Position numbers and translations under genes: made by a program
In this document: in pieces, positions 37,045 through 51,283 of the stretch
How the letters are laid out: each line of letters begins with the position of its first letter
How positions within the stretch are numbered: the first letter of the stretch is position 1
From: Ruditapes philippinarum
Taxonomy: Eukaryota
Direction: 5' to 3'
NCBI RefSeq assembly: GCF_026571515.1
Contig: NW_026864532.1
Coordinates: forward strand, 62,001 to 126,000
DNA length: 64,000 nucleotides
Notes under the pieces: model-generated
Databases searched by the model: none
What the model saw: only the letters and a program-made list of their open reading frames with translations
What the model was told of the DNA's origin: nothing

Positions 37045-37266
37045 GGCCGCCTCCGTGGTCGAGGGGTTAGAGACGATGACTTCTAATCCAGTTACCTCTC
37101 TGGCGTGGGTTCGATCCCCGGGAGATGCTTTGGTAGTTTAGCGCGGAGGAAGGTTGTCAAGTACTGGTGTAACTCTCCAGGAACGATGGTTAGGAAACTA
37201 CCCGCCTATATGACTGAAATACTGATGGGAAAAGGCGTAAAATGAAACAAACAAACAAACAAACAA
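37045..37266 (+). mobile_element. tRNA-derived SINE, family 2, full length with TSD
   Basis: Box A GTGGTCGAGGGG, box B GGTTCGATCCC, (AAAC)n tail. 12-bp TSD T(A/G)TAGTCTTTTT at 37033-37044 and 37267-37278. Confidence 0.88.
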
Positions 37267-38030
37267 TGTAGTCTTTTTACCACAAGCTTGGTAACTTTGT
37301 CGATTTTGTCCATCTTAGGTAAGTATGCTATCACAATCTGAGGTTTGTGGCTCTACAGTATTCTATTTGTCATGATTTTAGTAACCTTCAGAAGTCATTT
37401 TATGACATTAACGTTTGATATCAAATTTTATAATCAGACATTGCGGCATAACCATTATTCGTCCGGCCAAACAAAGATGACACCTACTTAGTAAATATTT
37501 GGGTTGTATTTATGACTAAATTTTATCTCTAGAGAGGTCATGGATATATGACTCATCAAAAGTAATCTCAATAAAAATTAAGTACACACAAGTACAATGT
37601 TAGCTGAAGATGTTCTGATGAAAATTCTAGCGCTTACTCTCATTATCTATAACATATAAATACCAGCGGAGGTGAGTTTTTGAGTTGAACGCCGCCCTTT
37701 CTTGTTGATCTAGTTTTTCATATCTTAAGCTACTTTAAACATGATTAAAATATTTTATTATAATACATAATTCATACAGGAAACAACATAGGAGATATGC
37801 ATGATTTGAGCATTAACGCTTGAAGTGTTGCACCAACGAATAATAAATATTTCTCTTCATTCGAAGTTATTTATTTGGTTACTGAATACAGTTTATTTGT
37901 GTGTGTTTTTTTTTTCTCTTCAAAACTTGTCTCTTTTTATACAGCAATAGATTTTACATATTGGATTGAAAAATGATATAACGTTGAAGATTAATTTTTA
38001 AGAAAGCAAATGATTTGCCGTTTTCTGTAT

Positions 38031-41000
38031 TTAACCAACTAAATCTGTAGAAGGATCAAAATGGAACATGGCTGGTTGCTGTTTGTCGGGACAATGTTGT
38101 CTTCTTATTTCTGGAATAATGTCAGACCAAAAAGCCATTCTTCTCGGGTAGAATCGTTCCATGATTGATGCAGAAGACATCTGATTTGATATCCGAAAAT
38201 AATGTTGTGACGTCATATCATATGTCGGCCATGTAGTGTTCGTGAATTTTGTGATATCCATTGGTATGTTCGGGTTTCTGTAAAACAAAGCCTATCATAT
38301 GATTATCACGTGACTGTGTACTTTCTATTTGTAGCCTTAATATTAATGCATAAATTATGAACACTTATTGATACGACTTTTTTGTGAGACTTGAAATTTG
38401 TACATGCATGTTGAAAAAGCATATTTGGTACTATGTGAAATCTACAAATATTACTTTTCTAAATATATATTTTCCATCGACGGTCATATTTCAAAATATA
38501 TATATTGGGTCTCAAAAGACTTGCCATTTAATATAAACTTTGATTAATTGCGTTCAAGAAATTGTCATAACGCGAGCCTACAGGAAGTTTCTAACCATTT
38601 TCACGGACGAGTTAATTATAATTTTCATATCATATCAACTTTGCTCTCATTTTATCACATGAATTCACCTATTGAAAATTATAAAAATAGCCTGTATTGA
38701 CGTTTTACGCCCAATGTTATATTACACGTGTGTAATATTATGAGGTTATTAAACGTTGATGAGTACAATACTGAATTATTTTGGACGAGTATACAACAGC
38801 TGAAGTCCAATAGAATCAATATTGTTCTCAGGAATAAATAATCTTCCGGATCTATATTTCATCTTTTTTACATTTTGACAAAACTTGTTACTTAAATTAC
38901 AGAAAAGGAATTGATATGATTTTTATACTCTAAAAATGAGGCTAGAAGAAATGCGATATGCAATTTGATATGTATTTTTTTGGACAAAAAAGAAAATGAT
39001 AGGCATTTGGTATAGATATTGTGGAAAAACCAAGACTATATGGGGTAAGATATACATTTGACATGGACTTTTGGATAGGGCTAAAAGATTCGATTAAGAT
39101 TTCTATTGGACCATCATATGGTTCAAACGCTGAAACTATGAAATAATACGTAATGTTATAATAATTTAAGCATGCGACACCATGTGGTAGAAATTATAAT
39201 AGATATAAAAACATACTCTATATGACTTACCCTGATTTAGCAAAGTTAGACCACATCGCCATTGTTGCAGAAGCGATCTGTTTTTCCTCCAAGTTATAAC
39301 TGAAATTGCTGATGCCCAGCACCGATAAATGTTCACGCAATGGAAATCCAAATACATATTGTATTTCGTCCGCATGGTTAGATCCTGCAATTTAAAAAAG
39401 ACGTTCTTTAACAATAAAACAACTACACAACTGCAGCGTAGTTTTTCACTGAGTATGTTCATGAGAGAAAATGAAAATAATACCTCTTGAAATTTAAAAA
39501 TTAATTTGGTAAATAAATCTATTCGGCGATTCTAGGATAGGCTAGGTATGCAAATGGCAAAGGAAAAAGCTTTTGTGATTTTATTTGCAAGTTAGTTGAA
39601 TATCTTCATCTTAAGAAGGAATCCAACGTTGGAGATCAATATGTTTCATTTCCACACTCTCAGTCAGGGTTATCCATCTTGATTCTATTTAAAATTTAAT
39701 ATAGCTAGTCACAAATTACGATTTTACTTTATCACCATCGACATGGTTTTAAATCATGTCGAATTATTATATAAATTGTTAATTTTTTTACCTATTTTGT
39801 TGCTTTCTCATATTTTCTTAACTCATTAGAGTTTAGTTAACCTAAAGGTTATGGAAAAACACAATTGTGCGCTATATGATATTTTTGCTTATGCAAATCA
39901 TTTTCGTATGTGAATATTAAAAAGTATTTCATATTTTTAATAAGACAAACAGATTTTAAATAACAAATAGTTGTTATCGATGTATATTCATTTTACATTA
40001 CTGAAACACAAACGTACCTTTCATCCATGACGGTACAGGTAGATAATGTTGCCTTGTTTGAGCGGCAAATTCGTACAGGTACGTCTTCCCGACATTTAAT
40101 CTGACATGCGCATCTACCGTCTGAGACGCCGGTGAAAAAAACACAGCGTCAGTACTCATATCTGTAACATGTTTCCATATACCGGCATTGTTATGTTGGT
40201 CATTCCAGTCGGTATAGAAAAATATCAAAACCTTTTCCAAAGCTTCTTTTGTGTCACTGCTTTCAGATAATAGAGCTTGATCAATTAAAATTGGAACAAC
40301 TGTATTTCTGAATTCGTCTTTCGATATATTAAAATCAAGATCAGAGTGGTTAAGTGCTTGTTGATATAAACCGAAAAGTGAAGCGCCATCTTTGTCATTT
40401 GCACCCACAATGATATCCAAAGAAGCAAAGAAGTTTCTAGCTCTAGCGGTCTTGGTAGAATTGCCGTTGACAATGTCGATGGGAGAGGCGATTACAAAAT
40501 CACCGTCTATAACTGGGCCAAAGTTTGTAACATTTGACTGTAGTGATATAGGTGTTTTTGCTTGCAGACATAAAGCTAATGTATTCGAATTAGGATCACA
40601 TCCTTTATCGTAGAAATATTTTTCGAATTTTGACGCTTTATTTATGGCCCAAGGTGCGATTGCAGATCCACTCTCTGCGATTACCCTTTTAAATAATCCC
40701 TCATTTCCCGGATATAAAGCCTGAAATATAACGGAAGCTCCGCCTGCAGATTCGCCAAATATTGTGATTTCATCCTTATAACCAAAGAAACTATCGATAT
40801 GATCATGAACCCATTTGATAGCAAGATGCTGATCCCAGAGACCCTGGTTTCCTGGAAAGAATCCTTTTGGGTCTCGTAAAAACCCGAACATACCTATACG
40901 GTAGTTAATGGTTACAACGATAACGTTTCCAAATAATGCGAGTGCTTCAGGTTTGTATATTGAAGATGCCCCCTGGGTGAAAACCCCCACCATAAACCCA

Positions 41001-41396
41001 AATCATCACTGGTCGTAAGTCGTTGGCTTGAAGCTCATTTGGAACATAAATGTTCAGTGTCAGGCAATCCTCGGAAAATCCAGGAACGCTGTAAACATTT
41101 TTGTATAAAGCGCTAAATTGCTCAGATTGCTGGTAACAAGCCGCTGGTTCTTTACTTGCGTCAAATGTTCCTTTAAATGGAGCTTTCGGAACTGGTTTTT
41201 TAAATCTGTTTTGTCCTCCTGTTGATTCGGCAAATGGAATACCAAGAAACTTAGAAATTAATTTCTGTTCTCCATTAACGGAAATGTTCTCTTGAAATCC
41301 CATTATATTTCCAATTTTTGTATTCACAGACACCGGCGTTTGCGTAATACAAAATGAAAGGTGCACTAAAACTCCTAATATCCACAAGATCAACAT
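38031..41396 (-). pseudogene. Carboxylesterase paralog 2, single +1 frameshift (young pseudogene or assembly error)
   Basis: Exons 40018-41396, 39231-39384, 38031-38277. One extra base at ~40980 in the GGGF codons splits ORFs 40947-41459 and 39998-40993. All other codons, the triad (GESAG, NDKDG, NHADE) and the splice sites are intact. Intron 1 donor is GT. Confidence 0.8.
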
Positions 41397-42739
41397 GTTG
41401 TTGCTTTCTGATCTATCAAACCAGACCGAAACAAAATTATCTCGTTGATGAAATTTCATTATTTAAGACTGTGATTGCAGCTCCTTGTAGAAACCAAATT
41501 ATTTAAGGCCATGGTTAATATTTGAGGAGTTTGTTGTCAAGCATTCATGAGTAATAAAATTACTTTACGATATTTTCTATCAAATAACTACCTGTATATG
41601 TTCCATTTTGATAATACAACAGATGTAAAGCATGCATAAAAATGTTGCAGATTCAATATTAGTCTGCTTTGATGTCAAATTATGTTTTGAAAATTAAATT
41701 TAATTTATCATTAAAGTTGTATTATAACATAACAAAATAAATGAAAATAATGAATAATAAGTAATCCACAATGCTTAGTGCGCATCCCGGTATAGCACAA
41801 ATTTTAAATCGTATATGAACGTAATATTGTATCTTAATTTAAGTATGATGGTGATGAAATTGTTGTATTTAAGAAAATAATGACGTTTGTTACGATTTTT
41901 ATTTTGAAATCTCTGATTAAGTAAATCTGATTTTTTTTGTTATTGTTGTTTGTTTGTTTGTTTGTTTGTTTTTATATCATATAACTGACGGTTACGTCGA
42001 GGATGAAGTATTTTATCTTATCTGAGCACAAAGTGCACGGAAATAAGCACGTTTTTGAGATAGCTTAATGTCTGTCGTCAATAGTGTGTCGTCATTCATC
42101 TTCTATGTTTGCATTTAAAAATATAGAAATTTATCATGTTAATGTCAATAATGTGCATACTAATAAAATGTTATATGTTTGTGAGATTAGATAAACCCAA
42201 CAAAACGTTATATGCATATAATTAAATAGACTAATTTTAAAAATATGGGAAAGCAGATTCAATGTTAAATCTTTTAGCGTTAACCAACCATTTACCAAAT
42301 ATTTTGTGTAAGCTGCGATGAAATAAAAGAAAATTAAGTGCTCTCATGACGTATCAGTCCATAATTTACGGTGCTGGCAACATGCTTGAGATAAACTGGT
42401 GAAGCAAATGCTTTCGTTTTAATTTTATTCTACTTTTGCGTCATTTTATATATAACGTATACTTTGATAATGTTTTATTTATTGTTAATATATTACTTCT
42501 CCCGTATTTAATTCAACATTCAACACTGATAAAAAGGTTAGCCCATAGGCCTACTGATTAATATGTGTTTCACCAAATAATACTCATTGCGTCCTTTTAT
42601 TTGAAGGAATCCTTTGGTTTCTGCTACACTGAGTCGCAAGGCTAGTCTTTTTATACATATGATACAAAAACGCAATGGTAAGAAAATCATTTTTTCAATG
42701 TGAACAGGCAAATTATTTGTCAATCGCTTCATTTGTGTT

Positions 42740-43548
42740 ATTCAACTAACTCTGTGGTAGGTTCTAAATGTGTAATGTCTGTTTGTTTTTTGTCAGGAAA
42801 ATGTTAGGAAAATGTTGTCTTCTAAGTATTTGAATTCGGTAGGACCATAAGGACGTTCTCTTTGAATGAATTCCTATATGACTGATGCAGGAGACCTCAG
42901 ATTGGATATCCGAAAATAACTATGTGACGTCAAATCATACGCTGGCCACGTGGTGTTCGTGAATTTTGTGATTGATATTCATGGGTATATTCGGGTTTCT
43001 AAAAGATGTAAAGAACCATAAGTAACATATCGAGACTGTATACCTTAAGTATATTATGTGTATTTAACACATAATTATGCTTCTTTTTATGCCTCCTTGG
43101 TCCACTTTAATCTGCAAATATATTGATAAACAACACCTACTAAGTACCACTTGCAATGTTTGAATATAACATATACTAGATGTATACACATTTAAAATGT
43201 CGGTGACATTTCCCTATGTAATTCCATTTGGATTCTTCAAAACAAATAACGTTTCAGTATGTCAAATAGAATACTGCATATATGATAATTCTACACAAAT
43301 AGGCATGATTAACAAAGAGACGATAACAGAAAACATGGTTCCACTAAATGACCAATTATGTCTACATGTTTTCCGATATTGACCATATATAAAATTTTGC
43401 TAGACGAGCATATATTTGCTTTTTGGTCATACATCATGAAAACAATCACTGTGTGGTTTGAGTTCATGCAGTTCAATAAGTCTTTAAAACAACTGTTTTC
43501 CTGATTTAGCAAAGCTTGAGCACATCGCCGTAGTTGCACGGAAGCCGA
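42740..43548 (-). pseudogene. Carboxylesterase paralog 3, fragment (decayed exon 3 and 3' end of exon 2)
   Basis: Remnants of NPN..TNTTWPAYDLTS and NFAKSG, with indels, stops and a lost donor. Exon 1 is absent. Confidence 0.85.
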
Positions 43549-45213
43549 AATTAATACGCTGATCCGTTCTATGCACCAACAATGCCAGGCAGTCCTTCAT
43601 GCTGAAGGTGGTCATGCCCGATATCAATTTTTGTCATTTTTTTATTTTCAGCATTTTAAATACCATTTCACTACTTTTAACTACCTCAGCAATAATTGTT
43701 ACACATAAAGTTGCAATAAAATATTCTTTCAATACATATAAATCTCTTTTTATCCTGATTTTCATATTTTAGTATGGGAATTTTCTTCTTTTGTTCAGTA
43801 TATATTACTTTACGTGCAGAGACAACTAAGTAAGTATTTCCTGAACATCTCTACGTTTGCTAAATTACCATTTCATCGAGATATTTGATAAATTTATTGA
43901 AGGCACTATCGCCTTCCAATGCCGTCTTTTCAAACTGCATAGCAACAACATCTACAATATAGTGTATGTGCGTAACAATAAAGTCCTCTACCATTTAAGT
44001 AAATCAGAGAAAAGTGTCTGAACTATTTTGAAACATCTTTTAAATAGAAGTCTCAAAAAATGAATATGATGAATTGTCTGTCAAACTGCCATGTGGTTTG
44101 ATATCTCTAAATAACGTTTTCTCAAAAAAGCAGTAAGTACCTTGTTTTTCACAAAGGAACTATTATGCTTACTTCTGGGACAGCCCTGGAACATGTCCTA
44201 TCTTCACGCGACTGATGAAGAAAAAAAAACCTATCACAAATCCTTTGAAACATAATTCAATGTAACAACTTTATTGACATCACCATCATATCTCCCTATT
44301 TAGATACAATATAACGTTTCGACTAAGACAAAAGCATCTGGATAAAGTTTCGGTTGGTTCGTCGGTGGAACCACTTTTTAATTCGGCAAACAACCGACTA
44401 CATCGCTAAATCGTGAGTTAAAAAAGAAACAATAACTTTAATTTTAATTTAATGTTACATTTATTTCTTTATGAAAAAAGTTTAATAAAATATTAATAAA
44501 CATTCGACTGAATAGCAAATAAGTGTGGGGAACTTTGAAGTTTTGGATTTTTTGTTGTTGTTTTTTTGCATGTAAGGAAATCTGTAAAGACACATATAAA
44601 TCATTGAAAAACATTTTGGTGTAACATGTTCTGTGTCACTATTTTGTATATTCTTTACGGTGGTATAATAAAATTAACGCTTAAAATTACGTTTAATAAT
44701 TAAACATTGCAGTATGATAACGTGGTAACAACCGTAATATGCTAAACCAAACAAAGACGAAGACGATACCGTTGCATGTTGGCTATCATTTTTAAAAATA
44801 AACAAATTTTTTAGCTACAAGTGTAACCATATCATGTCTAAATAAGTTATCGTTGTAAGAGTATATCATGATATTTCAGCATAGTCAATAAAAATCGATT
44901 CGAAATGCATTTAATGGGAATTTTGAATTTGGTTAATTCTCTAGATGCCTTGTGGGGTGGCGTTTCCTTAATTCCACATTGTTCATTCTTCCATTTATCC
45001 TGTAAGAACTACGAAATGAATTAATTAAATACTATAAATAAAGAATTCAAAATATGTCTTAGCTCGTTATTAGTGCATTCACTATGCATGTATATACCAA
45101 ATGCATTTGTCTTTTAGTATATCATTTCATGGAAATTTCCGTTATTGTGAGTTAAGTGTAATTGAATTTCTCTAAACATATATGTAGATTTATAGAGGTT
45201 TAGAGGTGTTTTC

Positions 45214-48106
45214 TCATCCAACAAACTCTGTAGAAGGATCAAAATGAAAAGCATCTGGCTGCTTTTTTCGAGGACAATGTTGTTTTCTTATTTCTGGAAT
45301 AACTTCAGACCATAATGCCATCCTCTCAGGGTAAAATCCTTCCATAATGGATGCAGGAGACTCTGATCAAATTAAAAATCCCTGTGACGAATATAAGTTG
45401 GCCATTTTGTTCGTGAATTTTTGTATATATTAAAAGTTCGGGGTTCAAAAAATTAAAGAAATATATAGTTTTTTTTTAAATTGCTAGTAGACATGAATAT
45501 TTTAAAATAAAAATGTATATAATTCCTTAAACATCCTAAAAAAAACAAAGAAAAAAGTTTTTAAAAAATTTACCCTGATTTAGCAAAGTTTGACCACATT
45601 GCCATGGTTGCACGAGCTACTTGTTTTGGCTCTAAACTATAACGGATACTGCTATTTACAGGAACTGATACATTCGCAAGCAACGGCAATCCAAAAACAA
45701 ATCGCATTTCCTCCCCATGATTGGTTCCTGCAATATTATATGGATTTGGTTATTAATAAACGTATTGTATTTCGTAAATATTCTCCAAAGCAGAGACCCT
45801 CAAAAATAGTATAAGGAACAAAATTAGTTGGAGACTCCGTTTGATTGGGTCTGTCCATTAGCATTTACAAAAAAATGCAACATCACATGTCCCCTTGCAG
45901 CGGCATAAGCACTATTTCAACGTTTAATACTAGTTGTTATAGAATTAGATCAAGTTGCCTAGGCTTAGGTTTTGAATCAGAAATTTAGCGGTCGTTTGAG
46001 GTTTGTAAGTTATGTGTAAAACTTTCTAACGCCAAAAAATCCAATGCTGGTTGACTGCGTTTTATAGAAAGTCACAAGTCTTAAATCAGTCTCAAGACCA
46101 AACTTGAGACAATTTTTGTATCAAAGATAGCTTATGACTAATATGTTATTTTTCTTTTATTTTTTTATTTAGCAAAGCTGAAGGCATTTACACATTTCAA
46201 TAAAAGGGTCCCCATGTTATTTCTTAACTTTTCTCAGGGTAATGAATATATTTATAGTCTACAGTATTTGACGGACAATAAAAACTAATTATTGAAGCTG
46301 TGTTAAGTTAGTCCTTAAGTTGGTTTGATGTCCTAGGACTTAGGATACACATAGGACTTTCTATAAAACTCAGCCCTGTTTTGATTTTCAACAACTATGG
46401 CCATTGGTTATTTATAACTTGCTATAGTGATCTTATAGAATTAAATCAAGAAAATAACGAACCTGATTTCACTTGAGAAAGATCTTTGTTAAACGTAGCA
46501 TATATACTTCTCACAAATAATGACTATTAAATCATTTAAAAATTGACATAGCTTAAAAATGCAAATGTTATTCATGTTCATAATAAGTATTTTGACGAAA
46601 GGTTTTGCAATCAACTTGATCGCAAGACCATTTTCGGGACATGTGTTTGATATTTCGGAAAATGTTACTTAGTCAGTTAGCTATTGAGGATGTATTTTTA
46701 TACAAATAACATGACTAAAATGCAGACTTGCCTTTCATCCAGGAAGGAAGGGATATGTAATGTGTTATAGCTTGAACTGCAAACTCGTATAGGAATGTCT
46801 TTCCGACATTTAATTTTGCATGTGCATTTACTGTCTGAGACGCCGGTGAAAAAAACGCAGCGTCGTTAGTCATATCTGCAACTTTATTCCTTATAAACGC
46901 GTCGTTATCTGGGTTTTTCCAGTCGGTGTAGAAAAAAATCAAAGCCTTTTCTAATGCGTCTTTTGTGTCCTTTTCTTTGTAGAATAGAATTTGATTCATA
47001 ATAAATGGAACAAGCGTATTTCTGAATTCGTCTTTAGATATATTAAAATCAATATTAGTGTGGTTCAGTGCGCGTTCATAAGAAAAGAACAATCCAGCAC
47101 CGTCTTTGTCATTTGCGCCTACAATGATATCCAAAGAAGCAAAGAAGTCTCTAGCTCTGGCTGTATTTGTAGCATTGTCGTTGATAATGTCGATGGGAGA
47201 CGCAACTACAAAATCACCATCTATAACCGGGCCAAACATTGTTATATTTGATTGAATTGATATTGGAGTCTTTGATTGCAGACAAGAAGCGAATGTCATC
47301 GATGTAGTACTACATCCTTGATCAATGAAATATTCATCGTAAGTTGTTACTTTTTGTATGGCCCAAGGAGCAACTGCAGATCCACTCTCTGCTATTACTC
47401 TTTTGAATAGTCCCGCGTTTCCTGAATATAAAGCCTGAAATATAACGGAAGCCCCTCCTGCTGATTGGCCGAATATTGTTATTTCATCCTTGTAACCAAA
47501 GAAACTATCAATATGATCATGAACCCACTTTATAGCAAGATGCTGATCCCAGAGACCTTGGTTTCCAGGAAAGACACCGTTTCTGTCACGTAAAAATCCA
47601 AACATGCCTAAACGATAGTTAATTGTTACCACGATTACGTTCCCAAACAAGGCTAACCCTTCGGGCTTGTTCATTAATGCAGTCCCTTGGGTAAATCCCC
47701 CACCATGTATCCAAATCATAACTGGTCGTAAGTTGTTGGCTCGAACCTCATGCGGAATATAAATATTCAGTGTAAGACAATCCTCGGAAAATTCAGAGAC
47801 GCCAAAAATACGCCGTAAAGAAGTATCCTGTGCAGATTGTTGATAACAGGCCGCTGGTTCCTTACGTGCGTCAAATGTTCCTTTAAATGGAGCTTTCTGA
47901 ACAGGTTTATTAAACCTGTTTTCGCCTCCTGTTGGTTCGGCAAATGGAATACCAAAAAATTTAGAAATCATTTTCTGTTCTCCGTCAAGAGAAATATGCT
48001 CCTGAAATCCCATGATATTTCCAACCTTTGTGCTCACATATACAGGTGCTTGTGTTACACAAAATGAAAAGTATGAAAGAAATCCTAACATATGCAAGAT
48101 CAACAT
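45214..48106 (-). CDS. Carboxylesterase paralog 4 (exons 1-2 intact; 5' part of exon 3 garbled)
   Basis: Exon 1 46732-48106 (GQSAG, NDKDG, GC donor) and exon 2 45574-45727 (TNHGEE) are open. Exon 3 is clean from ~45360 to the stop at 45214, but ~45360-45450 has many small deletions and no acceptor. Confidence 0.7.
46055..46373. mobile_element. MITE in paralog 4 intron 1
   Basis: CTGCGTTTTATAGAAAGTC versus GACTTTCTATAAAACTCAG inverted ends; absent from the homologous intron of paralog 5. Confidence 0.65.
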
Positions 48107-50498
48107 TTTGATACGTTCTGTTCTATACAAATGTAACCGAAACACAAATAAATACAAATTTCCATTATTATTACACCAATATTTAGCTCGTATCGTGTTA
48201 TCAGGGTATAGAAACAGAGTTATTTAAGGCCGTGCATATTTTTCTTAAATAACTAATTTCTACATGTCAAATATTGTGATTGTTTTAATTTTTGTAATTA
48301 CATCAATCGCTGAATTGTGCTTTTCAGAATGTGTTCAATTCCGTGTGCTATAAATATTTTTAGAAAACCAGGAAATAGAGTAAAACAGAATCCCTAAAGA
48401 AAGTCCAACACGGCAAATTGAAAATGTTGCAGGCTCGGTTTGATTGAGCCTGTTCATGGACGGTACTGGAAAGTGCGAGTTACCGTCCACGCCCTCTAGC
48501 ACCGGCTTTTAAAAGCAGAATTCAACATTTAAACACAAAAATGGTGAAATTTTGAATTTAGGAACATCCGCATATGTGTTCATACCGCGGTTAGAATATA
48601 ACCTTCAATGTGACACAGAAGGGCCTTTCCATGAAAGTCGGCGTATGGTCTCCAGTGCCCTAAACGAGAAAACAATGACCGGAAATAAATAAAAATGGAA
48701 TTTTGAAAGGGATCTGAGGTTATATGCCAGCATATCACAGACAAGACGTCAATAGTCAAATTTAAAAGCAGGCAATATATCCTAAGGGTGATTATACAGT
48801 ATTCAAGTAGGAATACTGGAACCACCCAAGTTGAAAAAAGGCCACATAGAAGAAACTTAAAGTACCAAATAACATGTGTACACAACAATAATGTCGTGCT
48901 GAACGATCGAATCATACATGATTTCGAATAAGAAACGTTTCAACAATAATGTTAATTTTATTTACGGTCTTTTGGGCCGTTACTTTAAACTCGTGTTTTA
49001 AAACTTTTATTCCATTATCATTGCCCAAATGTCGCTAGATTATTGTCTTTTGTTGATTTGCAAAATGATAGAAATTTTCTTTGAGTTCTGCCATTTTTTT
49101 AAAAAAAATATTTACTCATTCGAGCAAAGCAAGCATGTTATGCTCGAGTTTAAATTATCTACTCTTGAAAAAAATTCAGCACCGTCACAAAAGTTCCTTC
49201 CTTGCTCTTTGTATGAAATGGGGTTTCTTTTTCCCTTTCTGTTTAAATTATACAATTTCCAGACTTTTAACATGTGACGTATGGTCACCAACCAAGAGAG
49301 TTAATTGGTTGGGGTTTGTTTTTATTTAATGAAAATTATTTACCGGTACCATTTTCTTTTTCTTACAAATCACTGTGCCTATAAAGGGCCTTAAAATATG
49401 AGCAGCAACAGCCAGTTCGTCATATCTAAACAATGACAGTTCATATTGGTGCATAAAAGTCTGAATATAGATCAAACAAATTTATTTTACATGTTGCACA
49501 GTATCAGTTTGATATTTATTATAGTTATTGTGAAATGCGTTGCTTACTTATCTTCGTTTAGGTCAATATTAAGGACGGCAATTACTTCATTGTGCCAAAC
49601 ATTATCTCGGACAAATGTCCTGGATCACTTTGTTTCCAAAATATCCGAAATATCTAAAAAATGAGATAAATGATTATTATATTACAAATATATTCTGTTA
49701 TTTCGTTGTCGTTTAAAGTAAGTTCTCGTCTGTAAGAAACAGAGAATTTAAATTTCCACTATAACCGGCTTCATTGTACAAGGTTGTATTTATTCGTCAC
49801 CACATTTCATATTACAAGTAATATGACTGAAGTGTGTGCATGGGTGTATGAGTGTACTCCATTAACCCAACTATCAAACGCTTTAGTTAAAAGTAGGCGA
49901 AATCTGACACAATGTATATTTTTTTCTGTACTCCGGTCGGTCGGAAAGTTTTGGATAGAAAGGAAAAGTGAAATAAAAACAATCATAACGTTTGAAATTG
50001 CGTTTTTGAATTTTGAAATAGTTATTGTGGCAGTATACTGTATAAAAAGATAACAACCGTGATATACTTAGCACAACAAAGATAATAGCCTCATCTTTAA
50101 AACTAAATAAATATTGAGGTTACTTGTGTAACTATATCTTTTATAAAAGCCAAAAGAGTCGTTAAACATTTCAGCATAGTCAATTCTAAATGCAGCGAAG
50201 ATAGTCTTCGTGATGAGAGTGTTTTTCTCCAGATGCCTTGATGGGTAATGTTTCCTTAACAATGGCTTTTGGTTTCATTCATTCATTCATTCATTCATTC
50301 AATTTTGTAAAAAGTACTAAACAATTAAGAAAATGTCATACATGATTCAAAATGACACGTGATGTATGTCGATGTAAATAAAACTATAGATTGAAAATAG
50401 ATGCAATTGTTCCTACCGGTAAAGAGCAATTGCTCGTTTGTAGCGTTGCGACTTAGTTTGTTATACTAACCTTAACCTTACATGCATGAAATAAAAAT

Positions 50499-50745
50499 GG
50501 GCGTCAGTGGCCGAGTGGTTAAGGTCGTGGACTTAAAACCACTTGCCACTCACTGCCGTGGGTTCGATTCCCGCAAGGGACTTTGGATCCTTTCATGTGA
50601 TGAAGCTATCTAGCTAGCTTATGAAACGTCTGTGATTCTGTTCAGGTGCTTAAATAATTAGGCACCTAAGTTTACGCTAAAGTAAACCTGGAAAGTCGCC
50701 ATATGACCTGTACAGTGTTGGTAAGACATTAAATCCAACCAAAAC
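50499..50745 (+). mobile_element. tRNA-derived SINE family 1
   Basis: GTCAGTGGCCGAGTGGTTAAGG...GGGTTCGATTCCC...GAAGCTATCTAGCTAGC...CCATATGACC. Confidence 0.88.
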
Positions 50746-51283
50746 ATATGACAGATAAAGTTTATATGCGTTTTATTACGGGAAGTATTTTTATGCTAGT
50801 AAACTCGTATATTTATGACGCATAAAACATAAACATAAAACAGCGAAATATATGGCTTATCAAAAGCAAATTCACGTTAAATGAAGTTACCATGTTGAAG
50901 CTGCTCTGACTAACGCTCACACATTTACACTAACATTGATATCTCGTTAATTAAGGTCACGGAAATTTCAGTTTATGTGACTTTAAATGTATACTAAAAT
51001 TTATCGATACACATGTTAAGATTTATAGAGACGAAGCAAAAAAATGAGTTCTCATAATGAAATACTTTGCACGTTGTACTAACGTATATAATATGTCTCT
51101 TTATTTGTAGAAGTCTATTTAGCAATTAAATTTGTGTTAAATTGTTATACAAGTCAAGTATGATTGAAATATGAAACATTAACATACAATATCAAAAATG
51201 TACTTAAAAGTAAGTGAAATAATCCAAATTTTGAAACGTGAACTAGTGAATTCTTCGCGTAATTGTCTCTACATTTGTTTTTC

